Shown: positions 1-13,155, counted from the first letter of the whole stretch. The stretch: DNA of 61,150 nt, filler included, from Basidioascus undulatus (GCA_000826855.1; 9 parts of 9 records of this genome joined end to end with filler, not necessarily neighbours in it); one strand, 5' to 3'. Notes: a model not told the origin generated them from the sequence alone. Numbers and translations: made by a program.

Positions 1-78
1 GGAGCATTACTACACCGTCAATCACTTCCCCTCGTACCTCTTCCAGAAAGCAAACTGACCCCCATGTGCCCCCCTCAG

Positions 79-643
79 CGGCGTCGGCCCCATGCAAGGC
101 CAATCCAACCACTTCTTCCGCTACGCGCCCGAAAAGATCCCCTACGGCATCAACCGGTACCAATCCGAGACGCGCCGACTGTACTCCGTCCTCGAGGCGC
201 GCCTGGCCGAGCCGGGGAGGGAGTGGCTTGCGGGCGATCGGTACAGCATCGCGGACATCAAGACGTTCCCGTGGGTGCAGAGCGGGCCGTGGGCGGGCGT
301 GGAACTGGGAGAGTACCCGAAGATCCAGGTGCGTCTTCCTTCTCCCTTTCCCCCTTCTCCCTTGCCGTCTCCCTTCTCCTTTTACCCCCTTTTCCTTTTT
401 CCCTTCCCTTCCACCCACCCCGACCTCAACACCGCACCCGAGCCCGAAACTGACACGAGAGAAAACGGCCCTACCCAGGCCTGGCTCCACCGAATCACTT
501 CACGCCCCGCGACACACGCCGGGCTGGGCGTCCCCACGCGGACGGACCACGCCGCGCGCCTGCGCGACGCGGACCGCATCGCGGAGGAGGCAAGGCAGGT
601 GTTCTTTAGTGGCGTGGGGAAGGACGGGAAGTCGAAGGTCTGA
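79..643 (+). CDS. Glutathione S-transferase (YfcG/Ure2-like), 3' part; 5' end lies outside the window
   Basis: Exons 79-328 and 479-643 (GT at 329, AG at 477-478) give [27 protein letters not shown]...[18 protein letters not shown]...[11 protein letters not shown], a GST C-terminal domain signature. Confidence 0.9.
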
Positions 644-1619
644 GGTTTAGAGGGGCAGTAGAAGGCGCTGAATTTTTGAGTTGAGATGTAAAGATGGATG
701 CGCACTGTGCATGCCCTGGATGAAAGGAAACAGGCGCGGTCTGGCGGGGGTTCACCTGCGCGCAGTGCGTGCGTATATTCCCGAAGTGGCTGTTGCTTCC
801 GTTTGTAAATTATGGACAGTCTCGCAAGTCAGTCGTCAATATACCGTGCAGGACAATTTCTTGCGAAACGCGCGTGGGTTGCGTTGAACCCTTGCGCACG
901 AAGGATGGGTAACGGTTCCCAACCGCTCTCACTGACCCGCAGCGTGCACGAGAAAAGGAAAACCCGGACGTCCGCTCTGGGCTAGGTAAGACAACCCTGA
1001 AACTGGCGCTGCTCGAAGGCGCACCCGTTGCGAAGCTGCATCGCGCTGTCTCTTTGGGCCAGCAGCTACGGTGAAGTCGCAAAGCAAAATACTTGTGGGG
1101 AGTATTAGAGGCAGACTTTACAGAGCACGCTGATCGATATCAAACGCCGGTACAGACGGCGCTGCGCTCACAGGTCGCAGTTTGATTGACTATAACAACT
1201 AAGGTGGTGGACTGCTTCGGGGCGTGGGTGCCGCTTCTTTCCACCTATAATCCGAGCACATAGTCAGCAGCGGTCGAGTGTGCACGACGCAAAGGTCGGG
1301 CGCTGTTCGAGCGAGACGTATAAGCGGTGAGTAGTTGAGGTCAGAAACTTGAAGTAAGAGCGAGCAGTGAAAGAATAACCTCGCGACTATAACAAGATTT
1401 TGATGGTATTATTTTCTGTTGAGTAAGGATCTCTTCGATCGATGCCCAAACGCCATCTGCTGGGTCTGCGTGCTCGAGATACGACTGCGAGGAGGGTGAG
1501 GTCTGCGTGAACCCGTGGGCCGCGCGATCAAAGGAGGACGCTTCTGTGCTGCTCTGGAGATTGGGGGAAGTGAAACACTGGGAACTAAACCACCGGAGCA
1601 GAAATGTTGAAAGGAACGG

Positions 1620-1920
1620 GTGGACTAAGCCACGAGAAAGGGTGGACACAGCCATAACAAAGGCGTGGGCGGGGCCACAGTGAAGGAAACAAACGGCGCC
1701 GAGTAGGGAAAGGGAACCGAGAGGACGAAAACAAGAAGAAATAAGTAGAAGGAACCATAATGATATGGGCATTATCACTGAGAAAGTGTGGACACAGCCA
1801 CTGAAACGGGTGGACGGAGCCACGAAGAAGGTCTCTAGGCGTCAAGGCTACGGGGGAAAGGGAAGCGTGCCACCAACGAAGATGTGGGCAGAGCCATGAA
1901 GAAGATGTGGGCGAAGCCAC
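1620..1920. repeat. Array of about 10 degenerate GTGG-N6-CCAC/T dyad units at mostly 22-23 bp spacing
   Basis: Units start at 1620, 1642, 1665, 1745, 1765, 1788, 1810, 1860, 1884 and 1907, e.g. gtggactaagccac, gtggacacagccac, gtggacggagccac, gtgggcgaagccac. Confidence 0.7.
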
Positions 1921-3007
1921 GACGAAGCAAGAGATGGAGAGGTACAGGAAACGGCGGCGAGTGGCGAGTTTGTCTTGACGGCTTTATGGCTTGGTGGCTT
2001 GAGCGTCCGCCTCTTGGGAAGGTGGAGGAGGAAAGATAATCAGTGATAGTTGGAGTAGGAGATGGTGCTGACGAAAGGAAGAGGGCGAGCGAGGCGTGGC
2101 GTTGGGCGAGCGAGTGCGGAAGCGGATGAGGAGGCGGGGAATAGCACGCACTACGGAGACTGGAAGCCTTCACCGGCGAGGAAGTGTCCATTTGTGATAT
2201 TTCAGAAAGCTTATAGTTTTCAAAGAAAGTTCAGGAAAAGTGGGAAGGCGGTGTCCGGGGCTGGCATGAAGACGAAAGGCCGCCGCGTCTTCTCCAAGGG
2301 GTTTTCTGTGTCAGGACCAGCCCATAGGGAGTAGCAGTGTTAGTTGGGCCGCGCAATCCGGCTTGATTAAAGGAAATAGTGTAGCTGGTGCAACTGCGTC
2401 GGTGAGGAGGCCTGAAACTGGACTGTGCACGACTACCTTGATTGTTTACCAGAGAGCCATCCCTGTCTGAAAGCCCATGCGGACGCTCGTTATACAGAGT
2501 AACAACAGCGACATATCCCATCCAACTCTTTATGTCTCAGAACTTGTAAAACGATGTGGACAGCCTCACTGTGATAAGATAAGATCAATCTCAATGCCTA
2601 ATTGTCGCTGAGCGCCAACCCCTTCTCCTCAGGCAGCAGTTGCTTTTGGCCTCACCGTCAAGTGATGTCCGAAACCGAGTTATTAAACAGCTCTATAGAA
2701 GCCATGCAGCTTTTCCTTTTTCCCCCCGTCGAGATTGCGTGAAGTTTCCAGAGCACGCAAGAGTTGACTGTTGTGGACCTCCACCTTCGCTTTCCTCCAC
2801 CTCGTTTTGCATCCAGCCGCTTCTGGATCGCATCGGGGAGAGCTTGAGATAATTTCGTCATTTAGTAGCTACCGCTCAGCTCAGCAAGCTGCCAACACTT
2901 GGCTCGACCGTCCGACTGTATCCCAGCCGATCTTCGTCTTATCTCCTCTTCTTTACCACTCACCACTTCCTTCCCAACTGCAACCCCTTCACCACACGTA
3001 ACCAACC

Positions 3008-4804
3008 ATGTCCGCTCAGATCCCCGCCAAGCACCGCGAGTACCGCCTCCCGACCCGCAACGGGTTCGACAGCCTCGCTCTGCAGGAGGCTGCCACGCCC
3101 AAGCCGGGCAAGGGCGAGGTCCTCGTCCGCATCCGCGCTGTTTCGCTGAACTTCCGTGACCTGTACGTCAATGTTAAGTGATTGTGTTGGTTGGAAGGAC
3201 GGACACTCATGAGTTTTGGGCCGGAATGAAGTATCATCTCCAAGGGCTCATACCCGGTGCGTCTCTCTCATCAATATTGGCTTTCCCGCCCTGGACAGAC
3301 CAGAAGCTGACAGTGCTTTTCCGTTCTCGCTGGGCTACAGCTCCCCATGCGGGACAACGTGGTGCCCGGTTCGGACGGTGCGTCTCCCTCCCACCGCGCA
3401 GTCTGTTAGGCCTCGCTCACTCGCTGATCACGTTTCTACGTCCCGCAGGCGCCGGTGAGGTCGTCGCTGTCGGCGAGGGCGTCGATGACTGGAAGGTCGG
3501 CGACCGCGTCGCGGGCAACTTCACGCAGCTCCAGATCGACGGCGATGTGCGCGATGAAAAGACGCTGAAGTCTGCGCTCGGCGGTGGCTGGGACGGTGTT
3601 CTGACTGAGTGAGGAACTTCGCGTTCCCTGAGTAACAACGACGGCTGACAAGGGGCGTATCCTCGCAGGTACAAGGTCTTCCCCGACTTTGGCATCGTCC
3701 GCATCCCGGACCACCTCTCCTTCGAGGAGGCCTCCACGCTCCCTTGCGCCGCGCTGAGTGCGTTGTGTCCAGTCTGTTCCTAACCATCGAGCCAGACGCT
3801 CACAGAACGAGTTCTTTAACAGCCGCTTACAACACTCTGTACGGCTCGGCCTCGCACAAGCTGCATCCGGGCCAGTGGGTCCTGGCGCACGGCACGGGAG
3901 GTGTGTCCGTCTTCGCGCTCCAGCTCGCCATCTCGGGCGGCGCCAACGTCGTGATCACGTCATCAAGCGACGAGAAGCTGGCAAGTTCTCTCCCTTTTCC
4001 ACATCTGTGCTTTTTCCATGGGAGCTCAGTATACGGCACTTTCTTTAGGCCCGCGTCAAGGCGCTCGCTGGCCCGCTGGCGGACCGCGTCCACACTGTCA
4101 ACTACAAGAAGACGCCTGAGATCGAGAAGGAGGTTCTCAAGCTCACGAACGGCCTCGGTGTAGATTTCGTGCGTTCATTTCAACATTGGAATCATACCGG
4201 TTAGGGTTCTGACTTTGGGAGCGCTCAGGTTGTCGAGGTCGGCGGTGCCGCGACGCTGGCCGCATCCTTCGGCAGTGCGTCTTCTCTAGCACCGCAACCT
4301 GCCTTCTGTCATCTTACACCAGCTCTTACCCTCGCAGGCCTCCGTCTCGGCGGTATGATTGGCGCTATCGGCTTTGTGGGCGGCGCGCCTGATAAGCCTG
4401 TGCCTGATGTGAACGGGTGCGTTTTTCGAGCGCGCAGAGTCCACGCGGAGGGCTTACGCTGCCACCCATCACACAGTCTCGCCTTGACCAAGGCAGCCAC
4501 CCTTCGCGGTATTCTCATTGGTTCACGCCGTCAGTTCGAGGAGATGGTCCAGCATGTCCAAACCACCGGTTTCAGTGCGTACTGTCACTTGTTCAAAAGC
4601 GCAGTCAGTTGACGAAGCTGATCCCTGCACTGCAGAGCCGCTCGTCGACAAGGTCTTCTCATTCGAGCAGCTGAAGGAGGCGTACGAGTACCAGTGGAGC
4701 CAAAAGGTGAGGCGCACATACAAATGTTCTGATTATCAAGTATGCTGATACTTGGGGTATATCTGAATCAGCACGTCGGCAAGGTCGTCGTGAAGGTCGC
4801 CTGA
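3008..4804 (+). CDS. Zinc-type/MDR NAD(P)-dependent alcohol dehydrogenase-like protein, multi-exon
   Basis: Spliced product reads [14 protein letters not shown]...[16 protein letters not shown]...[18 protein letters not shown]...[15 protein letters not shown]...[15 protein letters not shown]...[12 protein letters not shown]. Includes one GC-AG intron (3981-4048). Confidence 0.92.
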
Positions 4805-5182
4805 AGGGCTGAGGAGGAAAAAGGAACAACGAGCATCTATACCTGGACGCACTGATTGAATTGCATGAACATACGGCGATTGCGATTGGCCTGCTGATGA
4901 GGCGAATCTCAGATTGCTTGAGCGAAACAGAAACAACCTCAGGCTGGAGGGGCGCGGGGCAGATAGAATACATTCTGTGCTCATTTCCGGAATGGCACAA
5001 CACTCTGCTTCTCCTTTGGGACGGAGACGGCCGGGCAGTAGGTGCTCTTCCCGCGCAACGGCTGTTGCGACTCAACCTGCAAGTTATGTTCCTTGACTTT
5101 CATCCGCAGAAACTATCCTGACGCGCCCGGCTTGGTAATGTAAGCGCTCCGATATACTATCCTCGCCGGCGTTCACTGAACA

Positions 5183-6735
5183 GTTTGATTTTCGGTAGCG
5201 CATGCCGCCCATGTACGCTTAGCTCGAATGCCCAGCTTCTTTTCAGCATGCTGACCTTTTGGACGCTTTGCCATTTATCACCAAGGCAAGCCATTCTCGT
5301 AAGAGAACACGACCGTGGGCTGAAAAGCAGGTGATTACTGCATGAGAGTACTTGCTTATTCTGTATCGGTCAGGGCGGGACAAACGACGAAGAGAAGAAG
5401 TGTGTGCGTCTTCTTGAAGCCAAAGTTGACGGCTGACGGTCTAGGACGACACGGGTACCTTCGCAGAGCGCAACTGTCTCTGGTTGACCGTGCTCTGGCT
5501 GCCCGGAAACCGGCTTACCTCCTCTTCGAGAACGTCGTCCGTGATACCTTCTTCTTTTCTCGCTTTTCTCTGGGCTCACTCTTTCATTCCCTAGTCCAAT
5601 CTCCTGAGTCCTGAGCACATACTCCACTTGCGAGTATCGGAGGCTCCATACCTTCCCACGGCGGCAATGCTGTTGCTGAAATGCACTACAGCCAAGACCT
5701 GCTGTGGCAATTACGCTTCCTCGGCTACAGTTGCACGTTCCAGTGCGCATGGTGTCATGGCTAATACTCTTACATAACTTGAAAAACTCAACATGGTCTA
5801 TGCAGATACACAACGCCAACGACTGTGGCGTCCCTCAATCAAGAGAACGCCTGATTTATACGCTGCTCGGCCGGGCTACCCGCTCCCCGAGTTCCCGGAC
5901 CCCACCCATGGACCCGGACTTAACCCTACGTCACTGTGAAAGAGGCGGTCAATTACTTGGTGCGTTACAGTCTTCGAGACGTACTCAAAAACCTATCCGC
6001 TAACAGATGCGCGTCGTTAGAACTTCCCTCATCCCGATGCCATCGGACCGGACGCTGCGAAAGCTGCGAAGCCCTCCGAGCTCTCTGGCGTTTGCCCTCG
6101 GCCGGCGGGAAAATGCCCAAAAGTCTTTCTGTACGCCGAGGCTCTCCTCATCCTCGGTTCCCGGACGAGGTGAGTAACCTCGCGACGGGCGGGACGAGGG
6201 ACACCAAGGTGTTGGAGAGGGGAAAGCCAAGCAACTGCATACTCAGCGCGATCACGAACCGTACGTTTTCTGCCCTTCGGTTCCTCCTTCCATCTCTTCT
6301 CTTCCCTCCCCCTTCCCCCTTCATCAGGTACGATCAGACTTACGCTCCCGTTTACTCCTTAGGTCGATACGCTGCGCACCCTAGTCAGCTTTCAGCTCTT
6401 TCTTGTATACCGTGGCAAGCACCGCTCACTCAAATGCATGGCGGCCCCTCAATCCCTACAGAGCGCGGAGACAGCTTGACTATCCGCGAGAACGGCAGGA
6501 TCCAGTCGCTTCCCGGTGAGTGAGCTAAACGCTTCCGGTTTACACCGCGTTTCCAGGCTCACTTTTCACCTCCTGTCTCCATGTGCCTAATAGACAAGTT
6601 CCGCTTTGCGGGAAGCCTCGGCGCTCGCCAGAAGGTTGACCATCTTTGCATGCACTGTCTCAACAAGCACACGCTTGCCACAAACTCCCCATTCCCCGTT
6701 TGTGCTGGACAAGGGCCACTGCAATGCAGTGCAGG
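5183..6735 (+). pseudogene. Frameshifted C5 cytosine DNA methyltransferase (DNMT1/DIM-2/RID-Masc1 superfamily catalytic domain)
   Basis: Motifs occur in order: P-C-KPFS (IV, split by an intron), LLFENV (VI), NANDCGVPQSRERL (VIII), PLPEFPDPTHGPGL..PYVTVKEA, HPS, LTIRENGRIQSLP+DKFRFAGS (IX), and degenerate CNAV (X). Frameshifts near 5860 and 5925. Confidence 0.8.
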
Positions 6736-7324
6736 GTTGCCGCTGCGCGACGGCGAGTCGCTTGGTCAACATGTGGACCATGCCACTCCTGCACAAGTTG
6801 AAAGTTTGAAGCAGGAACTCCAGTCTCTTTCAAATCCACTTTTCTTCACTGAAGAGCGGTGCTGTTGCCCACGCATGTTGCTGCATCACTTCCCGTTACC
6901 TGTTCTGACATGCGACACGTTGCACCGTGATCGGACTGGCGCCCCTTTCAGCGGACATACAACCGGGTCCCCACTCCTGTTTCGTCCACAAACCAGTTAA
7001 AATAATTTGCCCTGAACAGGATATTTTTCTGCGGGAAGGGTGATTAGATGTCCCGCTCGACCTCCTCTCCTCGCCCGGTGGAGTCGGCATGGCAGGAGCG
7101 TCTTCTCCGTCTGCCCACCTTCTACCCGCCACAATATTCACGCGACCCGAGCTCACTCAAAGACCCGAGCACATCTACACAGTTATCCAGGAAGAATGGT
7201 AAAGGACTGGAACAGGTGCGCAGTTTGAGCACCACCTGGTAGTTCGGGGACTCACGCTTCATTTGTACAGTGTGACAGAGCTTGTCAAGGACTACGGTAG
7301 GTCGTGCTGAATGTTCTTGGAGCC

Positions 7325-9005
7325 ATGACGGCTACTGAATCCAAAGGCAGAAGTACTGAAGGCCCTGATAATATGCTTCTTTGCGTGCGCCACTGCTTGT
7401 CGAGCGTCCCGTCCTCCAGTCGCTCACCATCGCCTCGACTTGCTACAGGTTCTTCCCATGGGAGAGTCTGATCACAATGCCATACTTCTTACCGGCCCTG
7501 CGATCCCTGGTAAGTAGAAGCCCAGCACTTCCGGTCTCATCCGGCTTGAGAGGTCAAGTTCTGTTGACTGAAGCAAGTTCCGATGCCAACGCAGCAAGCC
7601 TTGTTCTGCCTGGCGCGAGTATCTACGATGGCATTAGCAAGCTGGCATCCCACCGCATTCAAGTCCGCGAAACCTGACGCAGAGGTTGGGCGGCTCTCCA
7701 TGGGAATAGTCGTACTGTGGAGCTCGAAGCAAGTACAATGCGGAGCAATCTTCAAGGCAATAATTGGTGAGCCCGATCTATCGAGACGAAGATTCGTTAT
7801 GCATATTGAGCTCCGTACAGGCCATGGCTGGCATCTCAGCTTTCTCCTGCACTGGAATATTTGTGAGCCAGGCATTCTTTTTCACCCTGACCAGGCTACC
7901 CTGACCGTACGAAAAAAGGCGATGCGAGCAAGAGCGGTTTGGGACGACAACCGCATTCTGCGGGCATGCCTATGCTTTCTGTCCATCGCACATATAGGTT
8001 TGTACGTCTCCCTTTTGAGCCCGCAATACGCGTCTGAGAGAACTCATCTGTCCCGGTTTAAGATGGATCAAGCCAATCGTCACCGACTCGTCGCGCTGGA
8101 ACGCTCTGGCTGGCCGCTTCCTGCCTGCTCTCAGCAACCCGGACTGGCCGACCATGCTCTATTGCTACTGCATGCGCTCACACAAATTTCTGCAGCTCAG
8201 GTCAGCTGATGAGCATGCACTGCAGCGACCGTATACGACGCGATCTGTCTGGGACTCTGCGTAGCTAAGCTGCGTCCCCTTACCAAGTTCTCCAACACCG
8301 GCACTCGGTACGTCCTCGTTGCCGAAGGATGCGCCTTCTTCGCTTGTGCATTGCTTTCAAACCTCCTGGCTGTGGTAAATGCTCTGCCGCGGCTAACATC
8401 GGCGGCCAATACTAACAGGCAGGGCGCGAGAAGGTGTTCATGGCGCTCAACTTGAATGCAATACTTCATTGTCGATCCACTGGCGATCACAATCAACTAG
8501 GTTCGATAGGACACACTATTTTCCCAAATTTTCTGAACTGAAGCCCGATACGTAGCTCTATCGCGACTGGGCGGGCTTGCATTCACCCAAGAAACGGTAC
8601 GCAGCGGCGCTTCCCAAATGTCGTAAGCCCTCATCGTTGTCCCCATGCATGAGATCAAAGTCAAGAGATCCGTCCCTTGACAAGGCTCCCTCCGCCTAAA
8701 CAGGCGGCCCAGCTTCGACAACACTCCTCTCTCGACGTCCGCCCCGTACTACATCTCCTTCGGGCGTGTCATCGACATCACCATTGCAGAGTGCGTTGCC
8801 CCCTCTTCTAACCCATCACAGCCACTGAACGCGTCTACCACCCAGCATTGAGGCCCTGACTCAGGAAGACAGCCCGCGGGATTCGAACGCCTCCGCAGGG
8901 ACCCTTGGCACGAGCTACACCCGCTCGCCAGCAGACCCTCCTCGGCCACCACATCGAATCTCCTCCGTCGCAGCCAGCACATGGAAGGGTACCTCGCGCC
9001 GCCTT
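7325..9005 (+). pseudogene. Probable multi-pass membrane protein (DUF6533-like), apparently degenerate; boundaries approximate
   Basis: Hydrophobic spliced segments FFPWESLITMP, LFCLARVS, RARAVWDDNRILRACLCFLSIAHIG, ATVYDAICLGLCVAKL and LVAEGCAFFAC. A clean full-length frame could not be assembled. Confidence 0.4.
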
Positions 9006-9216
9006 AGATTTCTTGTAATTAACAGCAACCATATACCCATAATCATATACTGTAATCATACAGCGGTGAGAGGCTGTCGAAGCCCGCCAGATTGCGCTGA
9101 CTGCGCTTGTAACCAGCTCAATGCGCTGATCGACACAATCGAGTGTGTAAACTAGCACTGCAAGAAAGGTCAAAGAATTTTTATCCATTTCAATCTACAT
9201 TAGCTGCCCGCCCCGC

Positions 9217-10182
9217 TCAAGCCTCGATGTCCTTGCTCTCCACCACAGACGCGATCGCGTCCGCGAGCTCGTGCAGGACGACCTCGGTCGTGAACTCGCC
9301 CTTGACGGTGGACTTGCCGTCATAAGACGGGATGTCGCGGTCGCCGATGCCGTCCTTGACGACCACGACGTCGTACCCGAGCTGCCATCGCCCGAGCAGA
9401 ACGCTGTGAGTGGCGCTGCTGCAGAGCGGAGTGAACTGGGGAAGCGTAAGCGCACCTCGAACCCGCTCCGGGCGGTGCCGGTGATGCAGACGTGCGCCAT
9501 GTAGCCTACCAGGACTATGGAGGAAACCAGGTCAACACGGGAGGCGTCCCCAAGCGCGAGTTGCGCAAAGGGAGAAGACGCACCGATCTGCTTCTTCCCC
9601 TTCTGCTGCAGGTACTCGTGCAGGTCCGTGCCCGTAAAGCTCGAGGGAGCGTGCTTAATGATGGACTTCTCGTTCTCTGCTCTCCCCGAAACAAAGCTCT
9701 CAGCTCAACCCGAGCTTGAGGCCTTGCCTGGCCACCCGCACACAACGCACCCTTGAGCGTGATCCCGTCGAACTCCTGGAACTTGTCGCCGGTGGGGTCA
9801 AACACGGGCGCGCCTGGGGCGGTAGAATGTTGGATCTGCTCATTTCCACCCCGTCAAGCGATGCACACACTAAGGGAGGGAGAGAGGAACGGAAGGGACG
9901 AACGTGGATGACCTCCCCACCCGCACTCCTGAACTTCTCGATCACGTCGATGATGACCTTCCTGCTCGAGTCGTAGTTCGAGACCGCCAGCCCGCCCCCA
10001 GGCGCGTACTCTTTCTGTTCCCCCAAGACAACCATCAACCAAGCATGAGCTGCCTTGTTTCGTGCAGCACCTCAAGCGATAACCCGCACCTGCGCATCAA
10101 CGACCAGCAGCGCGGCGTTGAACACGTTCACCTGCGAAGGCTGGAGGCCGATCGTCTGGCGGAAGGACTTGGGGAGGGACAT
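9217..10182 (-). CDS. Isochorismatase/cysteine hydrolase family protein
   Basis: Spliced [16 protein letters not shown]...[16 protein letters not shown]...VIHIQH...[14 protein letters not shown]...[35 protein letters not shown]. The D, K and C catalytic residues are present. Confidence 0.92.
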
Positions 10183-10778
10183 CCTGTGGCGATGTGTTGC
10201 TGGTAAGGTGTGGTGTGAGTGTCGGTCGAAAGTGAGCGAGAGCAGCAACTATAAGGCAGCAGCAGGACGCTGTGGAGGCATGTCGTGCTCAAATACCCCG
10301 TCGTGGCGTTAGCCGGTCCCAGCCCGTGGGATGCCAAAGACAATCTAAATTACAGAGCTGGAATGCACACGTGAGCAAGTACTTTCGAGCGTTTTCTGCG
10401 ATGGCGAAACGCGTAGAGAGGTCAAGAACAAGAATGAAGGAGCACAAGCCGCAAGAGCGCACGCCTTGTTATCGTCAAGCGAAGAAAGCAATCGCAGGCG
10501 CGGTAGTCTCTTCCACATTTCAGTAGCATACATATCTCTGTGGATCAACGAAGTACAAGCAAGGTGTGGCCTCAGACAAAAGCATAAGAAAGCACAAGGA
10601 ACGTAGACAGACAGTGACGTGGGTAGGCGAGAGTGGTGGAGGGGATGGGAGAGCGGAGACATGGTCGGCCGGGAATGGGTAATGGAACGATGCGGATAAT
10701 GCGTAGACAGACAGGAATTAGGGAAACGATGCAAAGAACGACAACAGAAGAAGCGCAAGACGGCTCGAGATGGCGCGC

Positions 10779-11165
10779 CTACCGTCTCGGTTGGCCGGCG
10801 GTGTCGCTCTCGCCGAGCATGCGCATGATCTCGGCGGGGTCGACGTCGCCGAGGGGGACACCGTGCGGGTAGCGCTGGGGGTCGACGGGCGCGTACCCAG
10901 GCGGGGGGAGGGTCTGGTCGAGCGCGCGCTGGGTGGCGATCGTCTGCGCGAGGGAGGAGGACGAGGAGAGGTTGCGGAGCGAGATGTCGAGGAGATTGGG
11001 CGTTGGCGGGTTCGGCGCCTGGCGGGGGGAGGAGGCGAGCGAGTCGGAGGGCGCGGGCGAGGAGGCGCCGCGGCGACGCGCGCGGGAGGGACGCGCGGGC
11101 GAGGACGACGCCTCGGGCTCGTCGGGCTCGGATCCGGAGGGCTCGTACGATCCGGGCGAGGACAT
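10779..11165 (-). CDS. Hypothetical protein (~128 aa) with an S/P-rich N-terminus
   Basis: ORF MSSPGSYEPSGSEPDE...TIATQRALDQTLPPPGYAPVDPQRYPHGVPLGDVDPAEIMRMLG with GC3-rich codons; divergent from TRM44. Confidence 0.5.
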   Translation of the reverse strand: MSSPGSYEPSGSEPDEPEASSSPARPSRARRRGASSPAPSDSLASSPRQAPNPPTPNLLDISLRNLSSSSSLAQTIATQRALDQTLPPPGYAPVDPQRYPHGVPLGDVDPAEIMRMLGESDTAGQPRR

Positions 11166-11397
11166 GCTGGGGTTGTGTGGTGTGTGGGCAAGTGAATGGG
11201 AAATGAAGCGGAAAGGTATGCAAGAAGGGCCGGGGAGGCAGGGCTGATGACAGTCCGGTGTCAACGAGCGCCGCTAGCCAACGCCGGAACGCGTCTTGGA
11301 ATTGCGCCTCGCCTCGTCTTCTCGCTTCGCCTGCTTGCCGTTTTCCTCTCGCATCTCACCTTTCTCCTCCTCAACACACTGATAAATTTCGCATAAA

Positions 11398-13028
11398 ATG
11401 TCGGAATCACCTCATCAAAACCCCCCTTCGAATTCAGAGGCTTCCTCAAATCCTCCTTCAGCGGCCTCAACAGCCGCATCGGAGCGTTTCAACCCGACCT
11501 GTCTCCTCCGTCCCTCGACCAAATCTTCCTCGTCCTCAAACACCACCGCGCTCGTCCCACTCATATCGCACCCCACGCCCTTCGGACTCCCCACGTTTGT
11601 CGAGATCCTCGACTCCCTGGTGCTCCACCCCGAGCGGACATCCTCCCTCATCCTCCGCGCCGACATCCTCCCCACTCCTCCCTCTTCCCCCTCACCCACG
11701 TCCACTTCCTCCCTATCCTCCTCCAAAATCCCCACACCATACCGCACCGTCCACCGCCGCCTCCTCCCGCGCCAGCCGCACCGCGATGCGGCCCTCCTCC
11801 AGCGCTGCACGTTCCACCGCTCCCCCTCTTCCTCCCCGCCGTCCGAGCGTGTCGTCCTCACGCCCCTGCTCGAGCCCGGGCAGACCGAAGTCCCGCACTA
11901 CCACCCCGCTGTGAATACACTGCACTTCACATGGACGCCCGAGGAAATTGGGATCGCGATCGAGCCGCTCGAGGGCGAGGAGGAGATTGCGGAACAGTCC
12001 AGAGTGTATCGGACGGCGCTGGTGCTGTTGCAGACTGTGTGGAAGCATGGGCTGGGGCTCGAGAAGGGGTACAAGAAGAGGGTGAACCATGATGTGCGTT
12101 GTCGGGGACCATATTTCTTGCCTAGTTTCTTGGCCCCGCTTTGTTGATTCTTCGGGAAACAGATCCTCGTCCCCCGCGACGACTTCCAAGACCTATACCT
12201 AACGCTCAAAGAGCGGTACCGACACCTCATCCCGCTCTGGGTAGAGTCCACCAACCCATCCAAGCACGGTGTGCCCCTCCCCACCCCGCTCCTTCCTCGC
12301 CTCCCTTCTCTCACCTCCGCCCGCACACAGTCTGGGAAGATGTCTCCATCGCCTCCTATCTAATCCTGCTCTGGCGCTCAACCTACCCACCGTCCACCGC
12401 CCCCCCACCCGCCGTTCAAGACTCCGCGCGGCCGTGGACTTCCTACCCGCGCGCCCCCGGGGGGTTCGTGGACCTCGGGTGCGGGAACGGGCTGCTCACG
12501 CACATCCTGCATTCCGAAGGATACGCGGGGTACGGGTTCGACCTCCGCGCGCGGAAATCGTGGAGCGCGCTGTTTCCGTCCACGCCGCTCAAGGCGGAGG
12601 CGTTCGACCCCGCGCACCTCCTGCGCGAGGAGGCCTGGCTCCTGCGCGACTGCTTCGTGATCGCCAACCACGCCGACGAGCTCACGCCCTGGGCGCCGCT
12701 CCTCTGCGCGCTCACCCCCGGCGCAGCGTACCTCTCCATCCCGTGCTGCCTGCACACGCTCACGGGCCGGTTCACGGCCTCCAGCCCGCCGGGCGGCGGG
12801 GGGAGGTACGCGGCGTACTTAGACTGGCTGGCGCGTCTGAGCGGGGACGTGGGGATCGAGGCGGAGCGCGAGGCGCTTAGGATTCCGAGTACGAGGAATT
12901 GGGCGCTTGTGGGACGCAGGAGAGCGGAGGGAGCGGAGGGACAGAGGAGGGCGAGGGAGATGGTGAGGGAGGTGCTGGATGGGGGCGCATGGAAGGCCAG
13001 GAAAGAGGGAGTGGGGAGGGACCATTGA
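11398..13028 (+). CDS. TRM44: tRNA (uracil-O(2)-)-methyltransferase
   Basis: Motifs GYKKRVNHD, KHVWEDVSIASYL, FVDLGCGNGLLTHILHSEGYAGYGFDLRARKSW, ANHADELTPW, SIPCC and EALRIPSTRNWALVGR; two introns. Confidence 0.92.
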
Positions 13029-13155
13029 TCGGTCTGCTGCATAAGTCTCTGGAGTGGGGTGCGGGAAGCGCTCGGACGCAAGACTCATTGAAATTGAACC
13101 GAAGCCCATGGCTCGTACACCTACACCACCCAATCCCTCCAACTTTGTATCCACA

